Below are positions 1 to 12,991 of a stretch of DNA of 64,000 nt, piece after piece. Below the pieces are notes generated by a model. That model was not told the origin of the DNA and made no database searches. It saw only the letters and a program-made list of their open reading frames with translations. The translations under genes and the position numbers were made by a program. Positions within the stretch are counted from its first letter, which is position 1. Each line of letters starts with the position of its first letter. The DNA is from Mobula hypostoma (lineage: Eukaryota). The stretch is from positions 32,800,001-32,864,000 of the forward strand of contig NC_086109.1 of NCBI RefSeq assembly GCF_963921235.1, given 5' to 3'.

Positions 1-504
1 TTTAATTACCTAGATGTGTGCTCGCAGCATTCTGAACATAATAACGCTTGATATCTGTCCTTGTGTCAACCACATCCTGTTTTTTGTGCCCATGGCAACA
101 GATGACATCTCTGAGAGGCAGCTTAGAGGGGGAAAAGACTTGTCTGTGAATCCGGCAAGGTCTGGCAGCATCGAGAGGCAAGAAGAAAGATTTGGAATCA
201 CTGTTGACTCAGCACTTAACCAGTGAGATCAGCATTTTCCAAATTAATCTAGAACGTATCCTTAGTCAACATGTAGCAAGAAGAATTTCCAAGTCTGGCT
301 TTCTGATAGGAAGCCTCATATAGAACAGCACTAAATAAAGACTCATATCCTGCAATAGTAGTGCCTAGAATTAATGAATCAAGGGGTTAGCGACAGGAAT
401 GAGGGAGAATTAGAGGCTGGGGGCAGTAAATGAAGAGTCTGGTGCAGGAACTGTAATGTCTGTCGATGTTGTGTCTCTGACTCAGTTGCTTATTTAGGTT
501 CATA

Positions 505-1405
505 GAGATGGGTTGGAGAACTGGACAGGGAGTTAGGGGGTCAGGTTAGGAACAGGAATGGGTTGGGGAACTGTGCAGGGAGTTAGGGGGTCAGGTTAGG
601 AACAAGGATGGGTTGGGGAACTGGGCAGGGAGTTAGGGAGTCCGGAGAGGAACAGGGATGGACTGGGGAACTGTGCAGGGAGTTAGGGAGTCCGGTGAGG
701 AACGGGGATGGACTGGGGAACTGGGCAGGGAGTTAGGGAGTCCGGTGAGGAACAGGGATGGACTGGGGAACTGGGCAGGGAGATACTAGGTCAGTTTAGG
801 AACAGGGATGGATTGGGGAACTGGGCAGGGGGTTGGGGGTCAGGTTAGAAACAGGGATGGGTTGGGGAACAATGCAGGGAGTTAGGGGGTCTGGTGAGGA
901 ACAGGGATGGATTGGGGAACTGGGCAGGGAGTTAGGGGTCAGATTAGGAACAGGGAAGGATTGGGGAACTGTGAAGGGAGTTAGGGATCAGGTTAAGAGC
1001 AGGGATGGATTGTGGAACTGGGCAAGGAGTTAGGGGTCAGTTTAGAAACAGGGATGGTTTGGGGAACTGTGCAGGGAGTTAGGGGGTCTGGTGTGGAACC
1101 AGGATGGACTGAGGAACTGGGCAGGGAGTTAGGGGGTCAGTTTAGGAAGAGGGATGGGTTGGGGAACTGTGCAGGGAGTTAGGGGGTCAGTTTAGGAAGA
1201 GAGATGGGTTGGGGAACAATGCAGGGAGTTAGTGGGTCAAGTTAGGAACTGGAATGGTTTGGGGAACTGGGCAGGGAGTTAGGGGTCAGATTAGGAACAG
1301 GAATGGGTTGGGGAACTGGGCAGGAAGTTAGGGGGTCTGGTTAGGAACGGGGATGGATTGGGGAACTGGGCAGGGAGTTAGTGAGTCAGGTTAGGAACAG
1401 GGATG
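505..1405 (+). repeat. G-rich minisatellite, about 50-bp unit, about 18 copies
   Basis: Unit approximately AGGAACAGGGATGGGTTGGGGAACTGGGCAGGGAGTTAGGGGGTCAGGTT. Confidence 0.95.
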
Positions 1406-1709
1406 AGGGTGAACCAGAAACATTCAGAGGCCAGGATGGAACGCTCTGCTGTCAAAGGTCAGCAATCTGGAGATAGGATCTCAGGTCAGGTCAATGGGTG
1501 GTGAGGAGACTAATCATTCCAACCTCAGTGAATCCTGAGTCAGATGTCCGTAGAAGCAGGAGTCATGAGGGCTGGTGTCCACCCCACCCCCCGACCTCTC
1601 CTCCAGCCACTGAGATCAGTGGTCCATTTGAATTCAGAAGTAGAAGTTAGAGACGCTTTGTGGTTGAAGGTCAACGATCCTGAAGATTAGGTCAGTCGAA
1701 GCCTTAAGG

Positions 1710-2035
1710 TCAAATTGACCTCTGTTATACCACCATCAAGAACAGTTAATGTGCCATTCCATGTCCACACCGTGGAAATCCGATCACCTGGCTGCACTTC
1801 CACTCAGTGTTTCAGGATCATCTTCCTTCCCTCCGCTATCAGATTTCTGAAGAGATAATGAATCCATAACACTACCTCACTATTTCATCTCTCTTCTTGT
1901 GCTACTTATTTAATTTAATCTTTAATATATTCTTACTGTATTTTATAGATTTATTAGTATTATGTATTGCAAAATTCCTCTGCCATAAAACACCAAATTT
2001 CATGATATTTGCCAATGATATTAAACCCAATTCTG
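1710..2035 (+). mobile_element. Rex1/Babar-type LINE fragments (EN-RT linker scrap and 3' tail)
   Basis: HCYTTIKN/GKSDHLA-like sequence also seen at about 43855-43930; 3' UTR similar to the reverse complement of 52850-53080. Confidence 0.55.
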
Positions 2036-2845
2036 ACTGGTGAGTCCTGAGACTGAGGCCTGAAGGCTAAGCCCATGGTCAGTGAAGCTGGGGGTCAATA
2101 CCCAGAGGGCCGTGGACATAAGAAATAGGAGCAGGAGTAGGCCACTTGGCCCATCAAGCCTGCTTCGCCATTCAATAAGATCATGCCTGATCTGGCCATG
2201 GACTCATCTCCACCTACCTATCTTTTCTCTATAATCTTTAATTCCCTACTATGCAAAAATCTATCCAACCTTGTCTTAAATATATTTACTGAGGTAGCCT
2301 CCACTGCTTCATTAAAGTCCAGAGGGCCAGCCGAAGGTCAAAGTCCAGAGGGCCAGCCGAAGGTCAAAGTCCAGAGCTCACGAGTATGGAGGTAGAAAGC
2401 CCAAAATGATGAAGGCCCAATATGGTCGAGTCCAGAGACAGAGGCCTGGAGGTTGAGTCTGTGTATTTGGGCCAGAGACTGGAGTTTAAAGGTCCGATAT
2501 CTGTGAGTTTGAGAGTCTGGGGCCAAGGACTGGAGGCCCAGAGGTGGTCTGTCCTAGGCTGGCAGCTTGTGTGTATATGAGGAATTGGGCGGGTGGGAAT
2601 GGGACTTGATTTGCTATTGCTGTCTTGTTTTGTCCCGTTGTTGTTTCCGCTTGTGATGTTCTGTGCTGTGCATTATGTATCATGTTGCTGTTGTGTTGAG
2701 CTTTGTGGGTATGCAATTTTTGCTGCCGGAAGTGTGGTGACCCTTGGGGGCTGCCCCCATAACTTCCTCGGATGTAGTGGTTATTAACACAAATGACGCA
2801 TATCACTGTATGTTTAGATGTTCATGTGATAAATTAATCTGAATC
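2035..2845 (+). mobile_element. Non-autonomous retroposon with short internal repeats, interrupted by a CR1 3' fragment (about 2116-2312, minus strand)
   Basis: 3' part resembles 42648-42850 in reverse; CR1 tail acataagaaataggagcaggagtaggcc. Confidence 0.5.
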
Positions 2846-5112
2846 CAATATCAGGAGCTCAAAATCTGTCCATCTGAAAATTTCTGAGAAGTTTGTTGGC
2901 TATCTTCAGTATTCCTTGCACCTTTGCGATTCCAGCCAGGTGGTATAGTGCTTAACACTGCAAGGGATAATTTTTAGTAGCAAATTTACCTAAAGCACAC
3001 CTTAGGACACTGCACTCGTAGAGAAAATATCCAAACTCTAGAAAAGCTGTGCATGACGTCTGGCTCAAAGTTAGGTGTATGAAACCATAACACAAGCGCT
3101 AAGGACATGAATTTCAAAGCAATGGACAGAAGAAGCATAGACCCGTGCATAAAGTATTTTATTTAAACATGCAGAATGGTTGTGGTCTTAAATACAATTC
3201 TGGAAAGGTGATGGAAGCAAAGTTAATCAGGACTTTCAAAAGCAGCTAGATTGGCATATGAAGAAAAGTCAGTTTGAGAGGATTGTGTGAGAATTGGGGA
3301 ATGATTCTGCCAGGACTGATCCACAATGACCAGGTAAAGATTCAATGGAGCATGCCACAACAATTTAAAGGAATATGCAAATTAGTATTGGAGATTTGCA
3401 GAAAAAGAATGCTTCACTTTGACAGAACATTCTCATTACAGAACACTCCAGCCTTCTGAAGCACTGCATCTCAAAGTCACTTTTACAACATACGAATCAT
3501 GAAATGAACTGAAACTGTGGAGTAGGACTCACTGTATCTGCTTTACAATAAAGGAGATGTCACACGTCTATCATTTTGTTCTTGGTTTTGCAGAGACCCA
3601 TGCCTCACTGGTTCATAGAACGAGCACCGAATCAGTGGTATATGGCGGAAGAATCAGAAGTTGCGAGCCAATTTTGAAGCTGGAATTTTGCAGGTTGAAA
3701 TTCCTGATCATCACAATGAGCCGGATTTTCCATAATAATCAATAGAACAATTGTGCTTCTTGGTGAAGAAACTATCTGTTGACCACATTCGTCAAAAATT
3801 TGCTTTTTTTTCTCACATACTGCTTCAGTGGTAAAACTTCACTTTCTGACTTCTCGGCTAAATGTCAAGATTGCAAATGGGTTTTGCTCTAACTGTGAAC
3901 ATTTGCAATTATTTAAATAGCATAGCTTTCCCACTGGAATGGTGTTGCTGTTTTCATTTATAGTTGTACTGCATTCCAGTTTGGTGCTATTTGGTACTGA
4001 GATATTCAGCAGATAGAGGCAGCACCTTCTGGCCATCAACACGGATTATATGATTCATTCTCTGTGCATGCTAACACTTCTTAGAATTATTCTTATTTTT
4101 GGTTTTCTTTATTACCTTATTTACGACAGTTTAAATTTAATGTATGACACATTTCTTTCATAAAGTTGCTATTCATTTTATGAAATATATTGAAACAACA
4201 GTGAAATATTCTATAGATAGAAATACAAATAAGTTTAACAATAGATAATTGACCAATACAATACTACTCGTAAGTGTGCAGTGTCAAAACTGCTATAAAT
4301 TTATAATTTCACCACAGAAAACAATATCTCATCAAAAGCCTTGCAGAGTTTGCCAAAGACAACTTATTTTTAACTGAGAACCACTGTAGAATTCATAATA
4401 GGCATGGATTTACACCGAGTCCTTTCACTGCTCTCAATTGAACATGCTCTTGCTCTGAGTTAAGGGACAGATTTGATTTCCCATTTTTTGGGGGGGGGGT
4501 GCAGCAATGAAGTAAAACATGGAACCTGAATGTAACCTGAATTTAGTCAGTGCAGCCAAATTTAATCACTGAGGAATATGGAAAGCTTAATGTTTTTGTT
4601 AAAGCTACTGTGAATTCTATCATTGCGCATTGAAATCTTTCGAAGCAACTTTTGCTTCCAGATTAGAATTTAATAAATGTTAACCATCTTCCAACAAACT
4701 AAAAGTTGAAGTTTTTATTAAGTACAGGGAAAATTAGGCTCCACAACACAAGAACAGTTATTTATTTGTAACATTAAGAGCTAATATAAACCCAAATATT
4801 GAAAGAGTCTTTTCAAAATCCCATCCCAATAGAGAAAGAAGGATTTTTTTTGTAGTTTATTGTACTTAAAGTGACACTGTTGATGGAAAGTTTAACTGGT
4901 GCATTAGAAATTTCGATTCATATGGAATCCTGAACCAGAAATGAGACTCAACGTGGCTCATTGGGGTCAGATGAAGAAATAGACACCAAGCCAAGGAGAA
5001 AATGCCAGGAAGTTGTCTGTAGTTTTTGTAAAAACCATGGATTGTAAGAGTTCTAAGTAAGGGAAAGAGAAAGATTGATGGGGAGGTGAGGGATGAAATT
5101 ACAAAACATGGT

Positions 5113-5466
5113 CATCATCATTATGTGCCATGTTGTATGAAATGGTTGACCATGGTCTTGCCCATGATTGTTAGCAATTTTTTCCACAGAAGTGGTTTAC
5201 CATTGCCTTCTTCTGGGCAGTGTCTTTACAACTTGGGTGACCCCCAGCCATTATCAAAACACTTCAGAGATTGTCTGCCTGGTGTCAGTGGGTGCATAAC
5301 CAGCACTTGTGATATAAACCAGCTGCTCATACGACCATCCACCATCTCATCCCATGGTCTCATGTGACCCTGGTCGAGAGGCTAAGCAGATGCTACACCT
5401 TGCCCAACGGTGACCTGCAGGCCTTACACCTCCTTTGGTAGAGATGTATCTCCTCCTCGCCTCCCA
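5113..5466 (-). mobile_element. RTE-related non-autonomous retroposon
   Basis: Minus strand carries AGAAGGCAATGGTAAACCACTTCTGT (RTE/BovA-like motif) and an (ATG)n tail. Confidence 0.6.
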
Positions 5467-8049
5467 AACAAATTACGGTAGCCATGCAATTGAAGACACA
5501 ACTATCAATATGAATGAAAGGAAGTACAGTAATTGGGAGTGAAAAGGCAAATAGAAGGTGATTGGAGAGTTGGGTAATCTTATCAGTATAAATGGAATCG
5601 TTTACAGAAAAAAGGGAAGGGTAGGGATATAGAGGAAAGATGAGGCTTTAAAGTTTGGGAATGGATCAGTTTGGGATATGAATGTAGGCCAGCACAGGCC
5701 TGGGGAAAATGCCATTAAGCAAGTCAATGAAATCGGTACTAATAGGCTCAATCTGTAATTTTAGCAATGTGACCATACCAATAAGAAAGTTAACTTATTT
5801 TCATGGTGGAATGAACAATTTTTTTTGCAAGGTTTTCTAGAAGTTCAAAAAAAAAGGTTTTCATGGGTGATTAAAATGCATTAAATACCATTCATGTTTG
5901 ATGGTGGGAGTATTCCTTTATCTAATGTTTTCAACAATTCTCACTCTGCTTGCAACTCGGAGATTGGATTATACTGTACCTGCAGAACACTAAGATTGCT
6001 GCAAGTGAGGAAGGCTGAGGTAATAAACTATAGTTAAGTTTGGAAACAAGCCTGGTTGGAACACAGGATCAGAGTTTTGTTGAATATAGAATTCCAGATG
6101 AAAAAGTTTTATTATCCTTTACAGTTTGCAGATTTTGCATTTCTCCCCGGAGATGAGGTGCCTTGGCAGAATATGGCTTCTTGGTTGAGAGGGGTTCCTC
6201 CAACACCCTACCTATGTGCCTATACTTCTTATCATCTCTGCTGGTCCCATCTGATTTTCAAATGCTATTTACTTTTGGTGAACTCCAGCAATTGTCAGGG
6301 GCAAGCTCTCTGCCAATTTTCCCCAGCTTCAGGAGACCCTGGTCTATTGTGAACCCCTGCTAGGTCCAAGAAGGTTCAAACCTGATGCAGCTTGCCATGT
6401 GTTGCATAACATGTAACCTACAGGAAAAAAAAATGATTTCAATGTATAAAAGATTGTTTTAATTATCTAGGATGAAATATTTTTCAAAAGAATATATAGT
6501 AGAAGCAATATTAAATGCTTCAAATTTATCCAAAAATTAACAATGTCAGTCATATTTTGTACAAAAATACTTTGAAATATGAAAGTTATTTCATGTAGTT
6601 TGGGTCAGCTGGCTGTAATAAACATTTTTCTATTAACATGCAAGTAAAATATATCTATTGACCAAAGCAACAGCCTGGTGAATTATTATAACACTTTGAA
6701 TCTCTTCCACATCAGCAAAGACCTTTTAAAGCTGATGAGTCATCAAAAGGTACAGCACAAAAAGCAGGCTCTTTGGCCAAAGAGGTCTGTGTCAGCCACA
6801 GCATCCTCCCCATGAGATGCCTTTGGCCACATTTAGCCTATAAACTTCCAAGCCCCTCTTCTCTATATGTCTATTCAAATGCCTCTTACATGTTGCACTT
6901 GTATCTGCCTTGACCTCTTCCTCTGGCAGCTCATTCTAGGCACTCACTATCCCCTGAACAAAGAAGTTATCCCTCACAGTCTTAACCATTTCATAACCCA
7001 CCTGGCTTTATCCACTTCCTGTTCAGCCTTCTCAAGTTTATGGAATATATACTCTGTGAGTTCTGCCCTTGTCCCATGACATTGCTTTACCCCTTTTATG
7101 CAGACTTTCCTGCACAATCATCCCTCTTAGGCTTTGACTTTCAGGTTTTCCAACACAGTCAGATGCACACACAAGCCTGAAGTCTTTTGATTTTGTGTTT
7201 TATATTCTGTGTTTTATGCCCTATTTGTTCTTCATTGCCATTTGTGCAATTTGTTTTTTTTGCATGGTTGGGGAGGGAGGGTGGACTCTCTGAACGGGTT
7301 CCAGGGTGTCCTTTGTTTCATGACTGTCTGTTAGAAGGCAAATCTCATGGTTGTATACTGCATACATACTTTCATAATAAATGTACTTCGAATCTTTGAA
7401 GCAATTCCCCAAACAGGTATACGTGCCCCACCCTCTGGTGTCCCGAACAGTACCTTGCTACATGATGTGCTAAATGATAATATCAGTCTGGTCTGCAAGT
7501 TTCTTTGAACTTGTTTACAATGGTGTAAATTACCAGCCCACAGTTGCTGGGTAATGCAGGCCAGTTTAACATATAACATTTGGCTGATGCATGAAAACGT
7601 CTGCTGTAGTCACTTCACTTTGCAAACCACAGCTCTTACTAGCCAACCCCCTGTTGTGGGCCAGCCTGTGCTACACAGACAATATTGCTTATTTGGAAAG
7701 ATGTCCCTTTAACTTAAAACTGATTACTGCTTAGAATTTACATTAAGAACTGAAGACTTGTTATCATTTGAATTAATATCTGATATATTCACATAATTCC
7801 ATAATCTCTCAATAATCCCTAACAGGCAAGTTAAAATATTAGTGACTTGGGTATTATTTTGATAGGTGCTCTTTTTATTGAGTATATGGAGGGGTAGTGC
7901 CGGTTTACATCAGCAACTGAGTTTAAAAGTTCTTATATTGTCAATTCATTTTTCCTTATGACATTTGACCCATCAAATTCATTCTGGCTCTGAGAGCAAT
8001 CACATGACAATCAATTCCCCACTATTTTCCTGGAATCCATTCTCCTTCA

Positions 8050-8599
8050 TGTAACGACCTGGGAAAGTTTCACTGCTAATGGAATGGTTTCTCTGTAGCA
8101 GCAGTGTTTGGGTTATGACTAGAGATAACAGGGGCTTTGGAATGTGTGCCGTCCTGATGAGGAGAGCTGCCTTACTTTCTTGTGTGCCCAAGAGAAGGTT
8201 TTGCTGTCTTTTGTTCAGCGGAAGATGGAGAGAAAGGATGCCAGAACGGGGAAGTCGTAGACTGAAGGATGGAATGGAATTGGAATGGGGCCGGGAGTTG
8301 ACGACGCCCAGGGGGAGATCAATGGAGAACGAACCGATGGGAAAACTGTGAGCTCCAATGTCGCGCATTAGACTGTTTCAAGAGAATGGGCCCTTTTTCT
8401 TTTTTTTCTTTGCTAACCCTATAGTCAAATTAAGAATTATAAAGCTCAATGGTTTAATTACATATTGTGTTCTGTTTGTTATTTCATGGTACTGATTTGT
8501 AACAGAGGAACACATCACCCAAACAAGATTTCTCAAGTTTGGCCAGGCCAGAGGCTGTCTGCCCCTAGATTAAACTGCTAGCTGAACCTACGGGTTACA
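8050..8599 (+). mobile_element. Solo LTR (550 bp)
   Basis: TGTAAC...GTTACA termini with TTCA TSD (8046-8049 and 8600-8603); strand is tentative. Confidence 0.85.
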
Positions 8600-8739
8600 T
8601 TCACATTGTCATTAACTCCACCATAACACTCCAATTACCATCCTACAACAGAAGGTAAGTTAACACACAAAACAGCAGGTCTTTATAATAAGACCATAAC
8701 TGGGAACTCACCTGGACAATAAACAGGACCCACTAAAAA

Positions 8740-9330
8740 TATAGGGGTTCAGTACAAGAAGGGACTGAGCTGACCGTATTTCCTGAGGAGGCCTCCGGTC
8801 ATTGAATGTCTGCAGTACTCTGCTGCAGGTGTTCTATGACTCAGTGGTGGCCAGCGTTCCATTCTACGCTGTAGTCTGCCGGAGCAGCAGGATGAGAGCA
8901 GCTGATGCCAAGAAGATCGATAAGTTCGTCAGGAAGGCTGGTTCTGTTCTGGGGGTGGAACTGGACTCCCGAGTGACGTGTTTGAGAGGAGGATGCTGCA
9001 GAAGCTACAGAGCATTATGGACAATCCCTCTGCCCCCTCCATGACATACTGGACAAACAGAGGAGCACCTTTAGTAACAGACCGATTCCACCGAGGTGCT
9101 CCACTGAACACCACAGGAGATCCTTTCTCCCCGCGGCTATAGGACTCTACAACTCCTCCTCCTTAAGTACATAAGTACATGGTTTCATTGCACATCTTTT
9201 CATCACTTTTTAATGCACATTTTGTTTTTTTTGTATCTCAATGCTTACATTTTTTTGTATTTTAAAGTACATATTTCTGACTGGACAACCTTGCAACAAT
9301 AATTTTCTTTGGAATAAATAAAGTTTAATC
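8740..9330 (+). mobile_element. Rex1/Babar LINE 3' fragment
   Basis: FYDSVVASV.FYAVVC...KKIDKFVRKAGSVLG; SFLPAAI.LYNSS; tail with AATAAA. Confidence 0.75.
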
Positions 9331-9636
9331 TTAATTTTAACAAGACATGGGAGCAAAATTAGGCCGTTTGGCCCATTGCGCCTGCTCTACCGTTCCATCA
9401 TGGCTGATTTATTATCCCTCTCAACCCCATTCTCCTGCCTTCTCCCCGTAATATTTAATGCCCTGACTAATCAAGAACCTATCAGCCTACACTTTACACA
9501 TACTCAATGACTTGATATTTTAGAAATTAGGGCACCCGGAGGAAATCCATGAAAACACACAGACTCAATCCCTGAAGGTGTATGCAGCTGTATTTCTGAT
9601 CCTTCTCACCTAGCAGTTTTATTAGCACATCCCAGC

Positions 9637-9831
9637 TGTTGTAAGTGAGGAAACAAATTCGCTAGGTCTCAAAGGCAAGGACTCTAGACACAGTCTTGGT
9701 AGAAAAGGATTCTATCTACAGAAGGCAAAAGTAGGGAAATGGCAACAGAAGGAACACGCACAAGCACAAAATTTGCAGTAGTCGGATCAGCAATAAAACA
9801 CGCGGACAATTAAGAAAATCATGTGGGAGCA

Positions 9832-9875
<44 letters not shown>

Positions 9876-10300
9876 CCAAGGGAAAAGTCAATACAATACC
9901 TGACACTCTTGACTCTGTGCGGGCATGGCTCTTATGATATTATGGATGATACCCACACCCCTAACCCTATCCAATGCACAACTCACTAACGGCAGGGTGG
10001 TCCCTCGGAGGTAGCAAAACGAGAAAGGGTCAAGCGCACGTGGCTTCCTTTATAGTGCAGCACAGCTGATGAGTCCAGCCCAGGTGATTCACAGGGAAGC
10101 CAATGGCTCAGTGCCAGCAGGGTTAAGCTGATTACAAAGGCCAATTCCCCAAGGTCAATTACAAGGCTAATTAAAGGGGCCAATGGTTAGGCGTGCATTG
10201 ATGGGCGAGGAAGGGTCAAACCTTGATTGGCAGGTGGCGTGTCTTTTGACCAGGTAAATGGACAGTGCTGTCACGTGCCAGTCACGACCCCTCCAATACA
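9637..10300 (-). mobile_element. Solo LTR (664 bp) containing a (CA)n microsatellite
   Basis: TG...CA termini; 5-bp TSD CCAGC (9632-9636 and 10301-10305); TATAAAG on the minus strand near 10050. Confidence 0.8.
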
Positions 10301-10674
10301 CCAGCCTTCAGCTTCCTCTCTATCTAAATGCCCCAACAACTGACCTCAGGCCCTGACCCCTTCCAATCAAAGGCTGAGTGAACCGTGGAAAGGACTTTGT
10401 ACACATTGACCATGAAAAAGCCAGTTCTGCAGAGCAGGACTCATGCATCCCTGACCCTACAGAAACATATGTTGGCCCAGTGTTCATAGCCTACTTGCCT
10501 TCTGTGATTATACTGTGTCTTTACGTATGGGAATGCAATTCTCCGTCTGTCTATTTATGCTCAAATTGTGAACCTCTTGGGCAGGAGAGTCACATTTTCA
10601 ACAATACACATCGTCTCAGAGATTCAGTCTGCACCAACAACTTAAAGTCTCTACATACTATAGATTAATTAACA

Positions 10675-11695
10675 AACACACAAAAAGTGCTGGAGGAGCT
10701 CAGCAGGCCAGGCAGCATTCGTCAGAAACGATGAGTCGACGTTTCGGGCCAGAACCCTTCGTCAGGACTGAAGAATGAAAGATGGGGAAGGATTTGAAGA
10801 AGGCTTGTAGTGTCAGTTGATAGACCAGTAATTTGAAAGACAAAGGGGTGGGGGAGGGGAAGCATTGACGTCATAGCCCTGAAAACAATGGGTGGTAGAA
10901 GAAGGAGGCGGAACCATGAGGGAGCTGGGGGAGGGGGTAGAGTGAAAGCGTAAGCGTAAATGCTACACCTGTCCCTACACCTCATTTCTTGCAACCATTC
11001 AGGGCCCCAAACAGTCCTTCCAGGTGAGACAACACTTCATTTGTGAGGCTGTTGGGGTCATCTATTGCATCCGGTGCTCCCGGTGCGGCCTCCTCTACAT
11101 CGGTGAAACCCGACGCAGATTGGGGGACCACTTCATCGAGCACCTCCACTCCGTCTGCCACAACAGACAAGATCTCCCGGTAGCCACCCACTTCAACTCT
11201 GCCTCCCACTCCCATTCAGATATGTCCATACATGGCCTCCTCTACTGCCATGATGAGGCTAAACTCAGGTTGGAGGAGCAACACTTCATATACCGTCTAG
11301 GTAGTCTCCAGTCCCTTGGTATGAACATAGAATTCTCCAACTTCCGGTAATTCCCTCCCCCTCCCTTCCTCTATCCCTATTTCACTCTACCCCTCCCCCA
11401 GCTCCCTCATGGTTCCGTCTCCTTCTTCTACCACCCATTGTTTTCAGTGCTATGACGTCAATGCTTCCCCTCCCCCACCCCTTTGTCTTTCAAATTACTG
11501 GCCTATCAACTGACGCTACAAGCATTCTTCAAATCCTTCCCCACCTTTCATTCTTCAGTCCTGACGAAGGGTTCCGGCCCGAAACGTCGACTCATCGTTT
11601 CTGACTGATGCTGCCCAACCTGCTGGGTTCATCCAGCGTACTGAAAGTGTTGCTTTGATCTTTTACAGCATCTGCAGATTATTTTGTATTTACAA
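10675..11695 (+). mobile_element. Penelope-like element fragment: GIY-YIG C-terminus between inverted pLTR arms
   Basis: ORF 11024-11350 GVIYCIRCSRCGLLYIGETRRRLGDHFIEH...GMNIEFSNFR; inverted arms at about 10722-10945 and 11380-11604. Confidence 0.9.
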
Positions 11696-12991
11696 TCAGG
11701 ATCCTTCAGCAGGACTGGAGAAAAAAAAGATGAGGAGCCCACCTTTTAAGTCGACTGCCAGTAGGTTTTTCTCCTGCTGAAGGTTTCAGCTTGAAATGTT
11801 GACTCTTCTCTTTTCCATGGATGCTGCCTACCCTGCTGAGTTCCTCCAGCATTTTATGTGTGTTGCTTGGATTTCCAGCATCTGTAGATTTTCTCTTGTT
11901 TTTGTAGATTAAGTATGCTGTTTATAAATAAACCCTTACTTCTTCGAATATGTACGTAAATGCTGTGACTTAATACATTAATTCTGACATTAAGACAATG
12001 TGGAAAAATCTCCAGGGAATTGTTCTTTTCTAGTGGCTTGAAAGGAAGAGCAAAATTAATAACAAATAAGGTGAAGGGATAAATCATGCTGAAGCATTAA
12101 ATACTGCTCTAATAAATTCAGTAAAAATATTCAATATCTAAATAAAATCAGTCCAATTTTTTCAACTTTGTCTGGATATTGGCTATTCCTAAGGATATGA
12201 ATCCTGTATTTGGGGCACGTTCCTGTCAGCTCAGAAGAAGAAACAATTATTTGTAAAACTTCAAAAATATCAACAAGGGCATTTAGCTAAGGATTCTGTT
12301 GTGAAATTAAGTGTGTTAATCATTTGAAGAACCAGAAGTATCAGGAACATAAGATTCTGCAGACACAGGAAATCCAGAGCAGCACAAAGTGCTGGAGGAT
12401 CTCAGGTCAGGCAGCATGTATGGAAATGAATGTGGGTTGAATCATGCATCCTTCCTGGGTTCAGTTATTTTATTATTGGCAACAACAGTTACTTGGACGT
12501 CCCACGGAAATGGCTAATCCTCAGCTTTGTTTTACGAGAAAGGAATTCAGCCCCAGTAGCTGATCGGTCCTAAATCCTAGGCTGCTGATACTTGAGCAGA
12601 CTGACTCCGCTGCTGGAACAAAAATTTCCTCCTGTGTGGAGTAGTCAAGCTACGCCAATACCTTAGTCGCAGAATATTGCAATGTTAAAAACAGGTGCCC
12701 TGGCCTGGGCCAGGTCCTGCAGGAAGCACAGGAAAAGGAATTCAGGTAAATAAGTGGCAAAAAAAAAGACTTCTGAAATGTGTGCGTCTGTATGCATGCG
12801 TGTGAGAACCCTGATTGTGTGTACGTGAATGGTGGCATGAAAGTCCCGTCTCGGACCCTAAAGGGCTCCAGTAGCGTACATTGTAGACCAGAAAGCATTA
12901 AGTATATTGAGAAGTATGTTGTATGTGCAGAGTGGACCATGAGAGTGTTTGTAGATGGGTTGTTAGAGAAAGGAACATGTGAGAAGACTAG

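Noticed and set aside
505..1405. CRISPR-like periodicity
   Set aside because: No unique spacers and a eukaryotic context; this is a plain minisatellite.
3619..3734. Frame reading KLRANFEAGILQVEIP, reminiscent of a small heat-shock protein C-terminal motif
   Set aside because: Short, preceded by a stop, and no rest of the domain; probably chance.
5370..5466. Possible second HDV-like motif at the 5' end of the RTE-related element (minus strand GGGCAAGGTGTAGCATCTGCTTAG)
   Set aside because: P1, P2 and P3 could not be assembled in this copy; worth testing only on the family consensus.
6056..6420. ORFs and splice-like sites in unique sequence
   Set aside because: No recognisable protein, and all frames from the minus-strand acceptor close quickly.
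12495..12512. PBS-like TGGACGTCCCACGG upstream of the ERV gag relic
   Set aside because: Too degenerate, and no matching LTR pair could be shown.
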